This document shows, in pieces, positions 21,235 to 31,811 of a stretch of 64,000 nucleotides of DNA. The stretch comes from Nitrososphaeraceae archaeon (GTDB lineage Archaea > Thermoproteota > Nitrososphaeria > Nitrososphaerales > Nitrososphaeraceae): assembly GCA_035297365.1 (NCBI GenBank), contig DATGZA010000014.1, positions 192,001 through 256,000 of the forward strand. The letters run 5' to 3'. The first letter of the stretch is position 1; each line of letters starts with the position of its first letter. The translations under genes were made by a program, and so were the position numbers. Under the pieces are notes generated by a model. The model searched no databases, was not told the origin of the DNA, and saw only the letters and a list, made by a program, of their open reading frames with translations.

Positions 21235-21969
21235 ATTACTCATTTCTTATTTTTTAACTCTTCAATATCTGCTCTATGGTCTACATTAAACAATTTGAGG
21301 TATCTGAAGATGATGTATTTAACAGCATAAGCATGGCACTAACGACATCATTGTATATAGTTTCTACTTGTAAAGTACCAAGAAAAAGTAGTGTTCCAGC
21401 ATCATAGTAAAACAATTTAACTTACCTGAAGATAGATTAGATTGGTATATGCATATACATAATACCTTCTACTGATCTTACCAAATACTGTAGCATCGTT
21501 ACCAATATTATAAGATTCTCTAATAACTAAGTAAACCCTTTACCCAGTCATAGGTACCAAGATAATGAGATGTTATTTCAGGTATTCACAGATGATAAAT
21601 TTGATGATGAGTATTGGTCAACATTTAAGGAATATCTTCTAGAAATATAAATATCTAGAAATATAAATAAAAGAGCACTGCTAGCATCAGGTTTTTTTTC
21701 TAAAAATATCATTATTTAGTGATAAAGAATAATGGTCAGCAAAGTAAAGAAGAAATCAATAATTTGACAGAACGTGATAAGATATAAGAAGATGAATTAC
21801 CATATTTGTAAGATTAAATATTGAATCGGATAGAAAATTTCGAGAAAAAGAGAAATGAGATTTCTAGAACATATCAATCAAAAATAAATTTCAAGAATAG
21901 TGTCAACAATAATATTTGCATTAGTAAAGATCACTGCTACGCAAGTGACGAAAAATATCTTTATTTGAC

Positions 21970-22620
21970 TTACTTGCCAAAGTCTCGGTAGTCTTCTAAA
22001 ACAAAGTCAAAATTAGCAAATTTTGTTCCATTTTTATCAACAATTTTCATTATCAATGGATCTTTTACAAAGATATCCATATTTGGATCTCCTTCAAAAT
22101 ATAATTGACTAACCAATGAGGGATTACCAGGGTTTTCAGGAATCCATGCCTTTACATGTATATGGGCAGGCCTAGTAATATTTCCTTGAGAATAACTTCC
22201 AGGGAGTATAGTATCTAGTGTATAGTTCCCATTCTCATCAGAAATAACTTTGCCTCTCAGGTTAAAATCCGTATTGTCGTACTTTCCTTTAGAGTCTGCT
22301 TGCCAAAAATCTAAGACGGCACCATTTACTGGATGGCAGTCAGGAAAACTCATGACTTTCCCAGTAACTACTAACTTTTCTCCCTCCGTTTCTCCGACAA
22401 ATTCTTCTCCTTCTTTGATTGGTGCACCTTCTTTATAGTATGGTCCTTGTACTGTTGGAAGTGTTAGTTCACAAGATGGGTTTATTTCGTTCATTTTGAT
22501 ATCATCTGATGAAGTGTTAGTATTTTGAGCATAAGACTCAGAATATGGCAAGATAGAAAGGAAAAGGGTAATTATAATCGAAAATATGACTAGAGTTTTT
22601 ATACTATTGATCTTTAACAT
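21970..22620 (-). CDS. secreted intradiol ring-cleavage dioxygenase-like protein
   Basis: QGPYY, LDFWQADSKGKY, LRG, TILPGSY, RPAHIH, SQLYF. Confidence 0.92.
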   Translation of the reverse strand: MLKINSIKTLVIFSIIITLFLSILPYSESYAQNTNTSSDDIKMNEINPSCELTLPTVQGPYYKEGAPIKEGEEFVGETEGEKLVVTGKVMSFPDCHPVNGAVLDFWQADSKGKYDNTDFNLRGKVISDENGNYTLDTILPGSYSQGNITRPAHIHVKAWIPENPGNPSLVSQLYFEGDPNMDIFVKDPLIMKIVDKNGTKFANFDFVLEDYRDFGK

Positions 22621-22998
22621 GTTTTGTAATTGATAGATTCAATTTATAAAAGTATTGTGACAATCCTCTCATAACAATATTGAATTTACTAGTCATATGA
22701 AAATTCAAGAAAATATTAATCTGTCATTATTAATCGATTATTACTTGAACTAAGTAAACGAATATTTATGGTGTGGGGACCATTTATAATAAAATTTAAT
22801 CACTGAGATTTACAAGAGACGAAACAATGAGTTCAACTATCTTGTTGATATGTCTTGAATATTTTGAAATTGATCTTTTGACGATTTGCTAAATGACTAA
22901 CTGAAAGTTTTGACAAATTAATGATGTTTTTTAATTTCGAAATTCAAAAATAATAACCCTAGTGTAAAATTATTCCATCAAGTGCTTGTTTATATTGA

Positions 22999-23409
22999 TC
23001 AAATTTGATTAATTCCACTTCTTTTATTTGCTATAATATTTTCAATTTCCTTCAATTCGGTGCTGTTAATCAACATATCACCTTTACTTTGACTATCGAT
23101 GTCTTCTATACGTGTACTTCCTCTAGGTAGATCTTCTAATACATTTACTGCCAAAGTTTCGGCCTTAATTTGTGATTGTGCTAATTCTATTGATGCTTGA
23201 TTAATTAGATCTGCATTACTTATCATTGATGACTGATTATTAATAAAGAGAACTCTGAAATTTTCTGGCAGGTAGGATAATAGAGAATCTCGTTGTTGAC
23301 CTGTAACAAATGACTCCGTTAACATTATGTGTATAGATAAAATAGATAAAATAAAAATCAAGAATAATGATAATAAATTTAAATTTGTAAAAACTTTCTT
23401 TCTTATCAT
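22999..23409 (-). CDS. hypothetical secreted/membrane-anchored protein
   Basis: 136-aa ORF with N-terminal hydrophobic helix. Confidence 0.6.
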   Translation of the reverse strand: MIRKKVFTNLNLLSLFLIFILSILSIHIMLTESFVTGQQRDSLLSYLPENFRVLFINNQSSMISNADLINQASIELAQSQIKAETLAVNVLEDLPRGSTRIEDIDSQSKGDMLINSTELKEIENIIANKRSGINQI

Positions 23410-25520
23410 ACATCTAGAAGGATTTTATACTATATATATAGGTAAACTTTCATAGTTTAAACGTCTTTATTTTTGAAACTCTTTCATGTCTTTTAGAGCT
23501 CTTGCTAGGTATGTTTATTATTAATCCGACAAGATTTCATATGGTTGTCCCACTGGTAGATCACTTGTCGTTTCCTTTTTCTGCGCTCCTACTGCCTATA
23601 GAACGTCTAAACTCCTTTATTCCTCTTATGGATCCTCCTCCATCTCTGATGCTAACATGACATGATCAATTGTCTATAGTATTTGTGATCGAATGACTTA
23701 TTGATAAATGACTTTATTGGTATCAGAACTCAATGTTTTATTATTTGAAGAGATTTGCCACTTTTAGAAGCTATTGTTCTACATACTCTCTTCTTAACAT
23801 AATTGCTAATACTGTATGTACAGAATCAGATGGTAAAACAGTATAAACAATTTTCGCCTATATATTATCTACATTCATTAAATAAGTTATCTGATTACCA
23901 TTAAATTACTCTCATTAGGATTTTACAAACGGTAGTAATCTGAAAATTGATAAAAAAAGAGTTAGAATCTTTGTTTAATGACTGTTTTTATGAGGTTCTT
24001 TTAGTTGGTCTGATGCTACCGGTATCAGCTTATACTTTATTATCCTTATATCATAATTCTGCCAGACGTCGGTATTGATCAGAATTTTAACTTTATTAAG
24101 ATAGATTCGAAATTTTACAAGATTTTATGAAAAGCTTTATGATCCAGAAATAATCTAAAAGATACAGCTGATGAATTCAATATTTGCAGGCAGGTTTATC
24201 ACGATAATAAATTAGATACCTAAACTGAATTTGATCAAGATTTTATCAAGTAATGATGTCTTTTCAAAAGACGTTAGCGGCTTTTTTGATAGAGCTCTCC
24301 CGGTGGCCTGACTTAATGAAAAAATATCGTATTTGTTTATCAGTGAATCTAATATTATTCATGTACATATTTTCTAAGTACTATACTAGATTAACTTTTA
24401 ATCTTTTCAGAATGACCCAAGGCAATGTTATTAGAATTTCTTTTTGAATATTAGGTTCTGTAAAAAAATTTTAGAGCGACTTGTAATTTCAATTTTGTTT
24501 TCGATCATTAAACAAAACATAATTGTTAGCAGTTCAACTAATAGTCAAGAAAGAGTATGCTCTCCTAAGGAAGTTCAATAAAATTGCAGTTCAAATAATA
24601 AAAAAAGTTAGTAATAAAAAAAGGTTAGGCATTTATAATAATTGGTTTTTCTTCCACTTTTTCTGTGTCATCCTCTTCTTGCTTTTTAACCAATTTCTTG
24701 TATTTTAGTTCGATCTTCTCTGGTATTTCGTAATCGAAACACATACAAATATACTTGAACTCGGTTTCTAATAAATATTATATTATTCGGGTTGATTTAT
24801 ACCAGTATTTTTTTATCTGTCTGCTTTGTTATGACTTTCAAAATTCATTTTAGGCTTATTGATAGCCTTTGATAGGCTTTCTATTGACGTTGAAATCTTT
24901 AGGTATAAATTTCAAGTCAAATAGTCACCTCACGCATCTATTGAAAATATAAACATAAAATTCATCTTAGAATTTTATCGAATGAAAAATATACGATTAT
25001 CCATCGACATTTGTCATCCCGTTTCTGTCTGTAGTCGTAATTAAGTAACATCTTGCCTATTACAAAGTCAACAACTTGGATACTATCCGAAAGTTAAAAA
25101 CGGGTATTTTATCTGGAAATATACCGTTTAATATGCTTTTCATCTATACTACAGTTAGTTATTTTAGTGAAAGTCAATTATCGTAAAGGGAAAATGATAC
25201 GATTTATTTTAGATCTATGTGTTCTGCAATAAACCCGAACATTAAAAGATCATTGTTACGGATGAAGTGAGACAAAAGCCAAATTTCATGTTAATGGTAT
25301 TTCGTATTAGAATGTGAAATTTATGCAAATGAAAATAATACCTTCAGATATTTATAATCAACTCAATATACTTCATAATTATGAATTAATAAATATTATA
25401 TTAGAGACCGAAACTTAATGAAATCCGCTTTACCGAAAAAATTGATATGTTTGTATAAAATTATTTTAATATTTTTCACAGTATTGTGACTATACATTAA
25501 ATCTGTATCAGTATCGAAAT

Positions 25521-25745
25521 TCAATTTAATTGTCCACTCTCAAACCAGAATTTAAATTCGTCAAGTGTCGGTTTTTTATCTTTATTGGTAGCTAAATTAA
25601 GATGATAGAGCACATAGTTTATCTTTTCAATTGTCTTTTTATTATCATCAATATTTTCTTCTGCAACTTCTAAAGATTTTTTTCGTAAATCAGAGGGAAG
25701 GCTGGTTCACCACTCGGCAAATGTTCTTTTTCTCATGCTTTTCAT
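25521..25745 (-). pseudogene. small hypothetical protein with in-frame TGA (probable TGG>TGA)
   Basis: MKSMRKRTFAEW*TSLPSDLRKK...INYVLYHLNL...KPTLDEFKFWFESGQLN. Confidence 0.5.
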
Positions 25746-26264
25746 AACTTAGTATTTATTAAATGATTTAAAAAATTTTTGATAAAGATTTATGTATCAT
25801 TATAATATACTAATATAATTTTATTATTATATATACAAGAAATAATCTATATACATAATATTATTACAGATATTGTGTTAATTGACAGAAATTATGAATA
25901 ATTTGGTTTTATACATGTTATTTTATGTTATTTTTTTGAGTTAAAAACTTTACATAAATTGGCTTCATTAAATGATATTTTTAATAAATTTTTTTTAATT
26001 TTTCATAAATTTAATTCTTGAATCTCTACATTGCAACAAGGGTTTCTATCTAAATTAATATAATTATAAAATAAAAATAATTGATCAATAACATTGCTCT
26101 GGCGAAATACAGATAATCCCCTGTTCAAGTGTTATTGATTTCATATTGTACTAAAAGATATTTTTTATGTATGTTACTGTCGTTAATTCAGAATATTGAA
26201 TTAGTAAAAATTTATTTAATGATCTGTCCTAGCTCAGATATATTTAGTTGAGTAACAAAAAATA

Positions 26265-26825
26265 ATGAATAGGCAAAGAAACAAAACGATCAGTTTTGTT
26301 GCAATAATGATAGCAGCGGCAAGTATAACTGGTCTAGTGACACCGTCATTAGGCATAGATGTGCAAGCAGAAAAGGATGGAGGAGAATATGGCTCTAATT
26401 ACAACGATAACAAATACAAACAAGAGTCCAATCACAACAGTAACTATGCAGGCGATGAATATGCAAAATATTATGACCCAAAAGATAAAAATGTAAAAGT
26501 ACAGGTAATTAAATGTGAGAATACTATAAACAACATTCAAGTCTCAGACATAAAAGGTGAAATAGATCAAGATGCTACAAATGCTAATATCCCAATTTTA
26601 GGAGGACTTGGAGCTGAAGATACGTCAGCAGAAGGAATTCCAAATGAGGCAAGTAACCTTGAAGAGAATGGATTAAACTTTGACAAGAACGTAGTTGTTA
26701 TATGTAAAAATGACAATAATTCCGATAACGATCAAAGTCTCGATGTTGGATTAGCTCAGGCAGCATCAAACGAAGCAAACCAAGATAACGATGTTGTAGA
26801 TATTGACGGAGAGGAAGAGGAATAA
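26265..26825 (+). CDS. secreted acidic low-complexity protein
   Basis: signal peptide, Y/N/D-rich, VIKCENTINN...VVICKNDNN Cys pair. Confidence 0.8.
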   Translation: MNRQRNKTISFVAIMIAAASITGLVTPSLGIDVQAEKDGGEYGSNYNDNKYKQESNHNSNYAGDEYAKYYDPKDKNVKVQVIKCENTINNIQVSDIKGEIDQDATNANIPILGGLGAEDTSAEGIPNEASNLEENGLNFDKNVVVICKNDNNSDNDQSLDVGLAQAASNEANQDNDVVDIDGEEEE

Positions 26826-27038
26826 ATCGAACTTTCGTTGCATGAGATATAAAGAGCATAAAAATATACAAATAGTTCACCTAGACGGATCATATAAAAA
26901 ACTTCTTTCTTTTTTTTGATTTCTATTACTTGATGGTATCTTTGTTTTTTTTTTGTAATATTAATTTACTACCTAATTTTCATGTGACTTATTTTTACGG
27001 TTGATTTAAATTCAAACAATTACTATGTTTTCAATAAA

Positions 27039-27476
27039 ATGACCGCATCAAACATAGTTACTAAATATATTACATTGTCTTCTAGAGGAGAAAATGATAT
27101 TATTGATATCACAAGTAACGTTAACAAGATATTACTAGAAAGTCAAATGAAAAATGGAATAGTAACACTTTTTGTGGTTGGTTCTACAGCAGCAGTAACT
27201 ACCATAGAGTATGAACCAGGTCTGAGAAAGGATTTTCCCAGAATGTTGGAACGAATAGCATCTAAAGATATTGAATATGAACATGATAATACATGGCATG
27301 ATGGCAATGGACACGCACATGTAAGAGCGTCGTTAATTGGTCCCAGTTTAACCGTCCCTTTCGTTGATGGTAAATTCACCCTTGGAACTTGGCAGCAGAT
27401 TGTTTTTCTAGAATTGGATACAAGAAGTAGAAATAGAAAAATTGTAGTTCAATTAATTGGAAGTAAAATTTCCTAA
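27039..27476 (+). CDS. YjbQ/UPF0047 family protein
   Basis: GSTAAVTTIEYEPG, HD...NGHAHVRASLIG, LGTWQQI. Confidence 0.95.
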   Translation: MTASNIVTKYITLSSRGENDIIDITSNVNKILLESQMKNGIVTLFVVGSTAAVTTIEYEPGLRKDFPRMLERIASKDIEYEHDNTWHDGNGHAHVRASLIGPSLTVPFVDGKFTLGTWQQIVFLELDTRSRNRKIVVQLIGSKIS

Positions 27477-27652
27477 ATTTAAAATTGTTTGTGACTATAT
27501 TTTCTATTTCATGATATGATTTTTTCGTGTTCTGATGTCTTTTGCTTTAATGTCGTATAAAAATATGGATCCGTATCTTTTGTTCAATTTATCCTCTCCC
27601 CCTTATCCAAGAGTATTACACAATTTATCTACTATCTATATGAAAATACTTC

Positions 27653-28603
27653 ATGGACCTATGGTATGATAATTCTGCTCCTGTGATCTCCAGTAAGAAA
27701 GGAAAATCACTGCTTCACAATTTTTTCGTTTATGGCAAAGAGGGATTGACTATTAACCCATATCAGGGATGTCATCACAGATGTGGGTATTGTTATGCAA
27801 CTTATGATTGGTCTCCAGAGTTCTTCGATCATATCTATGCCAAAATAAATGCTGCAGATCTATTGTATGAACAAATTAGAAAAAACAAAATCAAAATTTC
27901 TCATCCTGTAATGATTTCCTCAGCAACCGATGCTTATCAACCAGCCGAGTTAAAGTACTCTATAACTCGACAATGTGTACAAGTATTACAAAAATTTGGA
28001 ATTCCGTATTACATTTTTACCAAGTCGATAATAATTGAGAGAGATTTGGAGTTACACAAACGATATTCTGATAAATGTTTCATAGTGTGGTCAATTACTA
28101 CTTGCAATGAGGACGTAAAAAGAATAATCGAACCAGGTACGCCTACATTTGACTCTTTATTTAAGGTAATCGAAAAATTCACAAATTCTGAAATCCAGTG
28201 TGTTGTTAATATTGATCCTATTCTACCTCTAATTACTGATTCAAAAAGCGATCTAGAAAAAATTTTAGATACCGCTGTCAACAGTGGAGTCAATTTTATT
28301 AGCGGATCAATTTTAAGGCTTAGATCCGACATTTGGGAGAGATTGAAATCTATCCTGCACCTTCTGGATATGTCAGATGCAAAAAAACAATATGAACAAA
28401 TTTACAACATTAAAGAACCGATAAAAGTAAAGATCAGTGTGAATGCCGAAAATAAATACTCATACACAATTTTAAACATGTTGATGAGAGAATGCGATAA
28501 AAGAAATCTGAAATATGGATTTCCCAATCTGAAACCTCAGGAAAATGACCGTTCATCTGCAGATAATTTAAAAATGGTTACTCTTTCCGATTTCATAAAG
28601 TAA
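27653..28603 (+). CDS. radical SAM protein, spore photoproduct lyase-like
   Basis: NPYQGCHHRCGYCYA (CxxxCxxC), SSATDAYQPAE, IEPGTP. Confidence 0.92.
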   Translation: MDLWYDNSAPVISSKKGKSLLHNFFVYGKEGLTINPYQGCHHRCGYCYATYDWSPEFFDHIYAKINAADLLYEQIRKNKIKISHPVMISSATDAYQPAELKYSITRQCVQVLQKFGIPYYIFTKSIIIERDLELHKRYSDKCFIVWSITTCNEDVKRIIEPGTPTFDSLFKVIEKFTNSEIQCVVNIDPILPLITDSKSDLEKILDTAVNSGVNFISGSILRLRSDIWERLKSILHLLDMSDAKKQYEQIYNIKEPIKVKISVNAENKYSYTILNMLMRECDKRNLKYGFPNLKPQENDRSSADNLKMVTLSDFIK

Positions 28604-28650
28604 AAAACAGAGGACCCACTTGATAAAGTAACAAACAGAGGACCCACATG
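28595..28650. repeat. 28-bp tandem duplication spanning the radical SAM stop codon
   Basis: ataaagtaaaaaacagaggacccacttg / ataaagtaacaaacagaggacccacatg (26/28). Confidence 0.85.
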
Positions 28651-28713
28651 AATTTGTATATGAAAAAGTGTTAATAAAACATAAAATAGCCGATAATTAA
28701 TATAAAATAATTA

Positions 28714-29304
28714 TTGAAGTCATATAACATAGATAACTTTCAATTAATGTTGATTATATTATCGGTTTCATTAATCTTGATTCTAGGTAATACTGGAATA
28801 ATAAATGAGGCATTAGCAATTTTTGAGAGCAAAGCAGATCAAAGTTTTATTACATATGATAATAGTAAAATGAGATTTAGTCTCATGTATCCATCTAATT
28901 GGCAGATGGAAGAACATTTTAATGGCTTTGTCACTATTACTGCTCCAATTGAAGATTACACACAAAACCGGTTTCCAGCAGGACTGGGAATTTTTCCACT
29001 AAAATTAGAATCACAAAATATTTCTCTGACAGCATTAAAGAACGTTCATCTTAAGAATTTAACCAGCAATCTTAAAGAATTTCAATTGTTGGGATCTAAT
29101 CAAATTATTCTTCCAGGAAATTATCCCGCACAGCAAATAGTTTTTACTGCACTGGACGGGGATGAAATCAGAAAATCGATGCAAATTATTGTTAAAAATC
29201 AAGACAGAGCATATCTTATTACATACAAAGCTGATTTGAACAAGTATGATAGTTATTTCCAAACGATTCAAAAAATCCTTGAAACTCTTGTCTTTACAAA
29301 ATGA
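28714..29304 (+). CDS. secreted PsbP-like domain protein
   Basis: FITYDN..FSLMYPSNW...AYLITYKA...YDSYF.TIQKILETL. Confidence 0.85.
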   Translation: MKSYNIDNFQLMLIILSVSLILILGNTGIINEALAIFESKADQSFITYDNSKMRFSLMYPSNWQMEEHFNGFVTITAPIEDYTQNRFPAGLGIFPLKLESQNISLTALKNVHLKNLTSNLKEFQLLGSNQIILPGNYPAQQIVFTALDGDEIRKSMQIIVKNQDRAYLITYKADLNKYDSYFQTIQKILETLVFTK

Positions 29305-29327
29305 TTTTTTCCTAATATCGTCACGAA

Positions 29328-29633
29328 TTGAAGTATATTAAATTACTCTACTACTTTTTCACTCCTAGAAATAAATATTTAAGATTTGGTTTGATTTTCT
29401 TGTTAACTTTTTCAATATTAGCTATCTACCTGAACTTCCAAGGTATGACTTGTCTTAAACAACTAGCTCCTTACTATAGTTCAAATATTGGCGATACAAA
29501 AATCAAATCAATTGAATCTCTAGAAATGAATTGTTTTATTGTTACTAATTCTTATGTCTATTCCATCTTTGGTATAATTATTGGGATTATATTGATATTA
29601 GTTTATTTTTTCAAAATCAAAAAAAGAAAATAG
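29328..29633 (+). CDS. small two-TM membrane protein
   Basis: two hydrophobic helices around a Cys-bracketed loop. Confidence 0.6.
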   Translation: MKYIKLLYYFFTPRNKYLRFGLIFLLTFSILAIYLNFQGMTCLKQLAPYYSSNIGDTKIKSIESLEMNCFIVTNSYVYSIFGIIIGIILILVYFFKIKKRK

Positions 29634-29703
29634 ATTTCTAATTTATTTTCAATGTATTATGTGCCTTTAACAATACAGGTTCAGTACGTCCTGCTTCTGC
29701 ATC

Positions 29704-30252
29704 TTAATGAGTTTCATGTTCTCCCTTGGCTATTTCATTAACGCCTATTACGACGGTTGAGGTAACTGGAAATTCTATGTCGTCTTCGGTTGGATTCATT
29801 AAGGCGATATCTGTTATTTTAGAGACATTTCCACCTGGCATCAAATCAACATGATATAGACATAAATCTCCAGGTTTAGATAGATTTGCTACATTTTCTA
29901 ATTCAGCTGGAGAAAATTGTGGTGCAGACCCTATTAAGACTTGAATTGGAGAAACAGAGTCATCTCCACATGGTATTTTTACTGCAACATGACCTTTTAA
30001 TATCATATCAGGGGTACTGTCATATAGATGGATAAAATCCTGGGCTGGTAATACTATATCCTGCAGCAAAACAGTAACGGAATCCCTGACCGAAATTCCT
30101 TCAGTGTACTCTTCACCGTGCTCTTCAGTAGTTGTTGCATTAGACATTGTCTCGTTGCCTCCTTGTGCAAAGCTAGGTACTGTATTCAAAAGTCCTATCG
30201 CAAATACTACCGTGACAAATACTATGATACTATTTGTATGATATTTTCCCAT
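29704..30252 (-). CDS. secreted thaumarchaeal hypothetical protein with His/Cys cluster
   Basis: signal peptide; DFIHLYDSTP, GHVAVKIPC, LCLYHVDL. Confidence 0.85.
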   Translation of the reverse strand: MGKYHTNSIIVFVTVVFAIGLLNTVPSFAQGGNETMSNATTTEEHGEEYTEGISVRDSVTVLLQDIVLPAQDFIHLYDSTPDMILKGHVAVKIPCGDDSVSPIQVLIGSAPQFSPAELENVANLSKPGDLCLYHVDLMPGGNVSKITDIALMNPTEDDIEFPVTSTVVIGVNEIAKGEHETH

Positions 30253-30420
30253 TAAATCTTCTTGACAATTAATGCTTTTAAACTTTATAGTACATTATTC
30301 GAAGATTCGATATTGTTGAATTTATCGGTTACTATACTATATCCTGAAATATTTTGTTTATAAAAAAATTGCTCCTTTCAAGGTTGTACCATAATATATT
30401 TAAATTCTTTCTGTTGATTT

Positions 30421-30834
30421 ATGACATTGCTAAGGAATTTTAATAATCCAGATACATTCTATAATAAGCCAAAAGTACTTGCTTTGATTGCAAGCGTTGT
30501 GATCTCATTTTTAACTGTTCCAGCTATCTTACCGCACATTTACCACACAAATATGATTTACCATATTATAGTCCATTTGACATCATTGATAATCTCACAA
30601 TTCCTTGCATTAGTTTCTATCCTAGCATATGTTAGAACCAAAAGTGTCAAGATCTTCTTTATGACCCTAGGTTTTGTAACTCTCGTAGCGGTAGAATACT
30701 TGTACCTCTTTAATTCCACTGCAGATATTTACGGTATTCTTATTCCAATTACTAATATAGAACTTTCTCACGTCATTCTACTAATTATGGTAATTTTTTT
30801 TGGTATAAGTTTTCTGAAAGGTGGTAATAAATGA
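30421..30834 (+). CDS. 4-TM membrane protein
   Basis: hydrophobic helices with several His; overlaps the next gene. Confidence 0.8.
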   Translation: MTLLRNFNNPDTFYNKPKVLALIASVVISFLTVPAILPHIYHTNMIYHIIVHLTSLIISQFLALVSILAYVRTKSVKIFFMTLGFVTLVAVEYLYLFNSTADIYGILIPITNIELSHVILLIMVIFFGISFLKGGNK

Positions 30835-31370
30835 ATAGAGAATTTGCTCTAGCAAAGAGAGAAAAAAATTCAGTTCAAGAAAAAATAATTTATTTTATTA
30901 TTAAATTTCCAGGAGTCAGATACAGGGAATTGTTAAGACTGACTGGACTTTCTAATGGTGTACTTACCTATCATTTAAATATATTGGATCATTACGGTAA
31001 AGTTAAAATCGACAGAATTAACAACAGAGTAACTAGATATTATTCTAAAGATATACCTGATAAGGAGTCCAAAATTTTAGCAATATTGAGACAAAAAAGT
31101 ACAAGAAATGTTTTACTGTTTATAACGTATCATGATTCTTGCACCTTTAATGAAATAGTAGCTTATACCCATAAGGTTCCATCAACTGTCTCATGGCATT
31201 TGATGAAACTAAAAGAATCCAATATGATCAGGATACGAAGGTACAAAGATTATAATGTTTATGATCTATCGATAGATAAAACTTTTCTACTCGATACTTT
31301 ACAAAAATACAACAAAAGTCTCAGTTCTGACATTGTCGAAGATTATGTTGAAATGATGGAAGAATTTTAA
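30831..31370 (+). CDS. double winged-helix (ArsR-like) transcriptional regulator
   Basis: PGVRYRELLRLTGLSNGVLTYHL and TFNEIV...PSTVSWHLMKL. Confidence 0.9.
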   Translation: MNREFALAKREKNSVQEKIIYFIIKFPGVRYRELLRLTGLSNGVLTYHLNILDHYGKVKIDRINNRVTRYYSKDIPDKESKILAILRQKSTRNVLLFITYHDSCTFNEIVAYTHKVPSTVSWHLMKLKESNMIRIRRYKDYNVYDLSIDKTFLLDTLQKYNKSLSSDIVEDYVEMMEEF

Positions 31371-31642
31371 TTTTTCACGAACTTTATCCCCTAGAGTTAG
31401 CCAAATAGTTTTATCTATATCTATCGTTTCTAGTCGATAGATATTTTACTTTTATCAGGAATCGACATTTTTTTCCGTTATCGGCTCAAAATTTTTTAGA
31501 AGGATATCTTAATCTATACATCCTCTCAAAAAAACGAAAACAAAAAATGGCTTTCCAAAATGGAAGTATCGTAAATATTGTTTCTCCTAAGACATGCAAA
31601 AGACAGAGAACTTCATATTAATTAACTATGCAATATTATCAG

Positions 31643-31773
31643 AATGGAATTAAAAATGCAGGTGACCAGAAATGGTCACCTGAAACGAAACTACTCGAAA
31701 CCTTGTTAAAGGTGTTTTAATTCATTTACATGCATAAGTGTTAATAACCTTATGGTACATTCGATGAATGTAC
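31643..31773 (+). ncRNA. candidate structured RNA in a convergent intergenic region
   Basis: CAGGTGACCA-GAAA-TGGTCACCTG hairpin inside GAATTAAAA/TTTTAATTC stem; ACCTT-GTTA-AAGGT; GTACATTC-GAT-GAATGTAC. Confidence 0.4.
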
Positions 31774-31811
31774 TTTAATAGATTAATCTTCTATAATGAA
31801 CTTATTTTAAT

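Noticed and set aside
21638-21669. 16-bp tandem duplication tctagaaatataaata
   Set aside because: Likely slippage in decayed DNA; no element flanked by it
24700-24780. Minus-strand LLETEFKYIC resembling an archaeal integrase C-terminus
   Set aside because: Too short; upstream frames are full of stops with no catalytic motifs
31680-31714. Hammerhead-like words CTGA...GAAAC...GT
   Set aside because: No CUGANGA core, no proper stem II, and the triplet would be GUG
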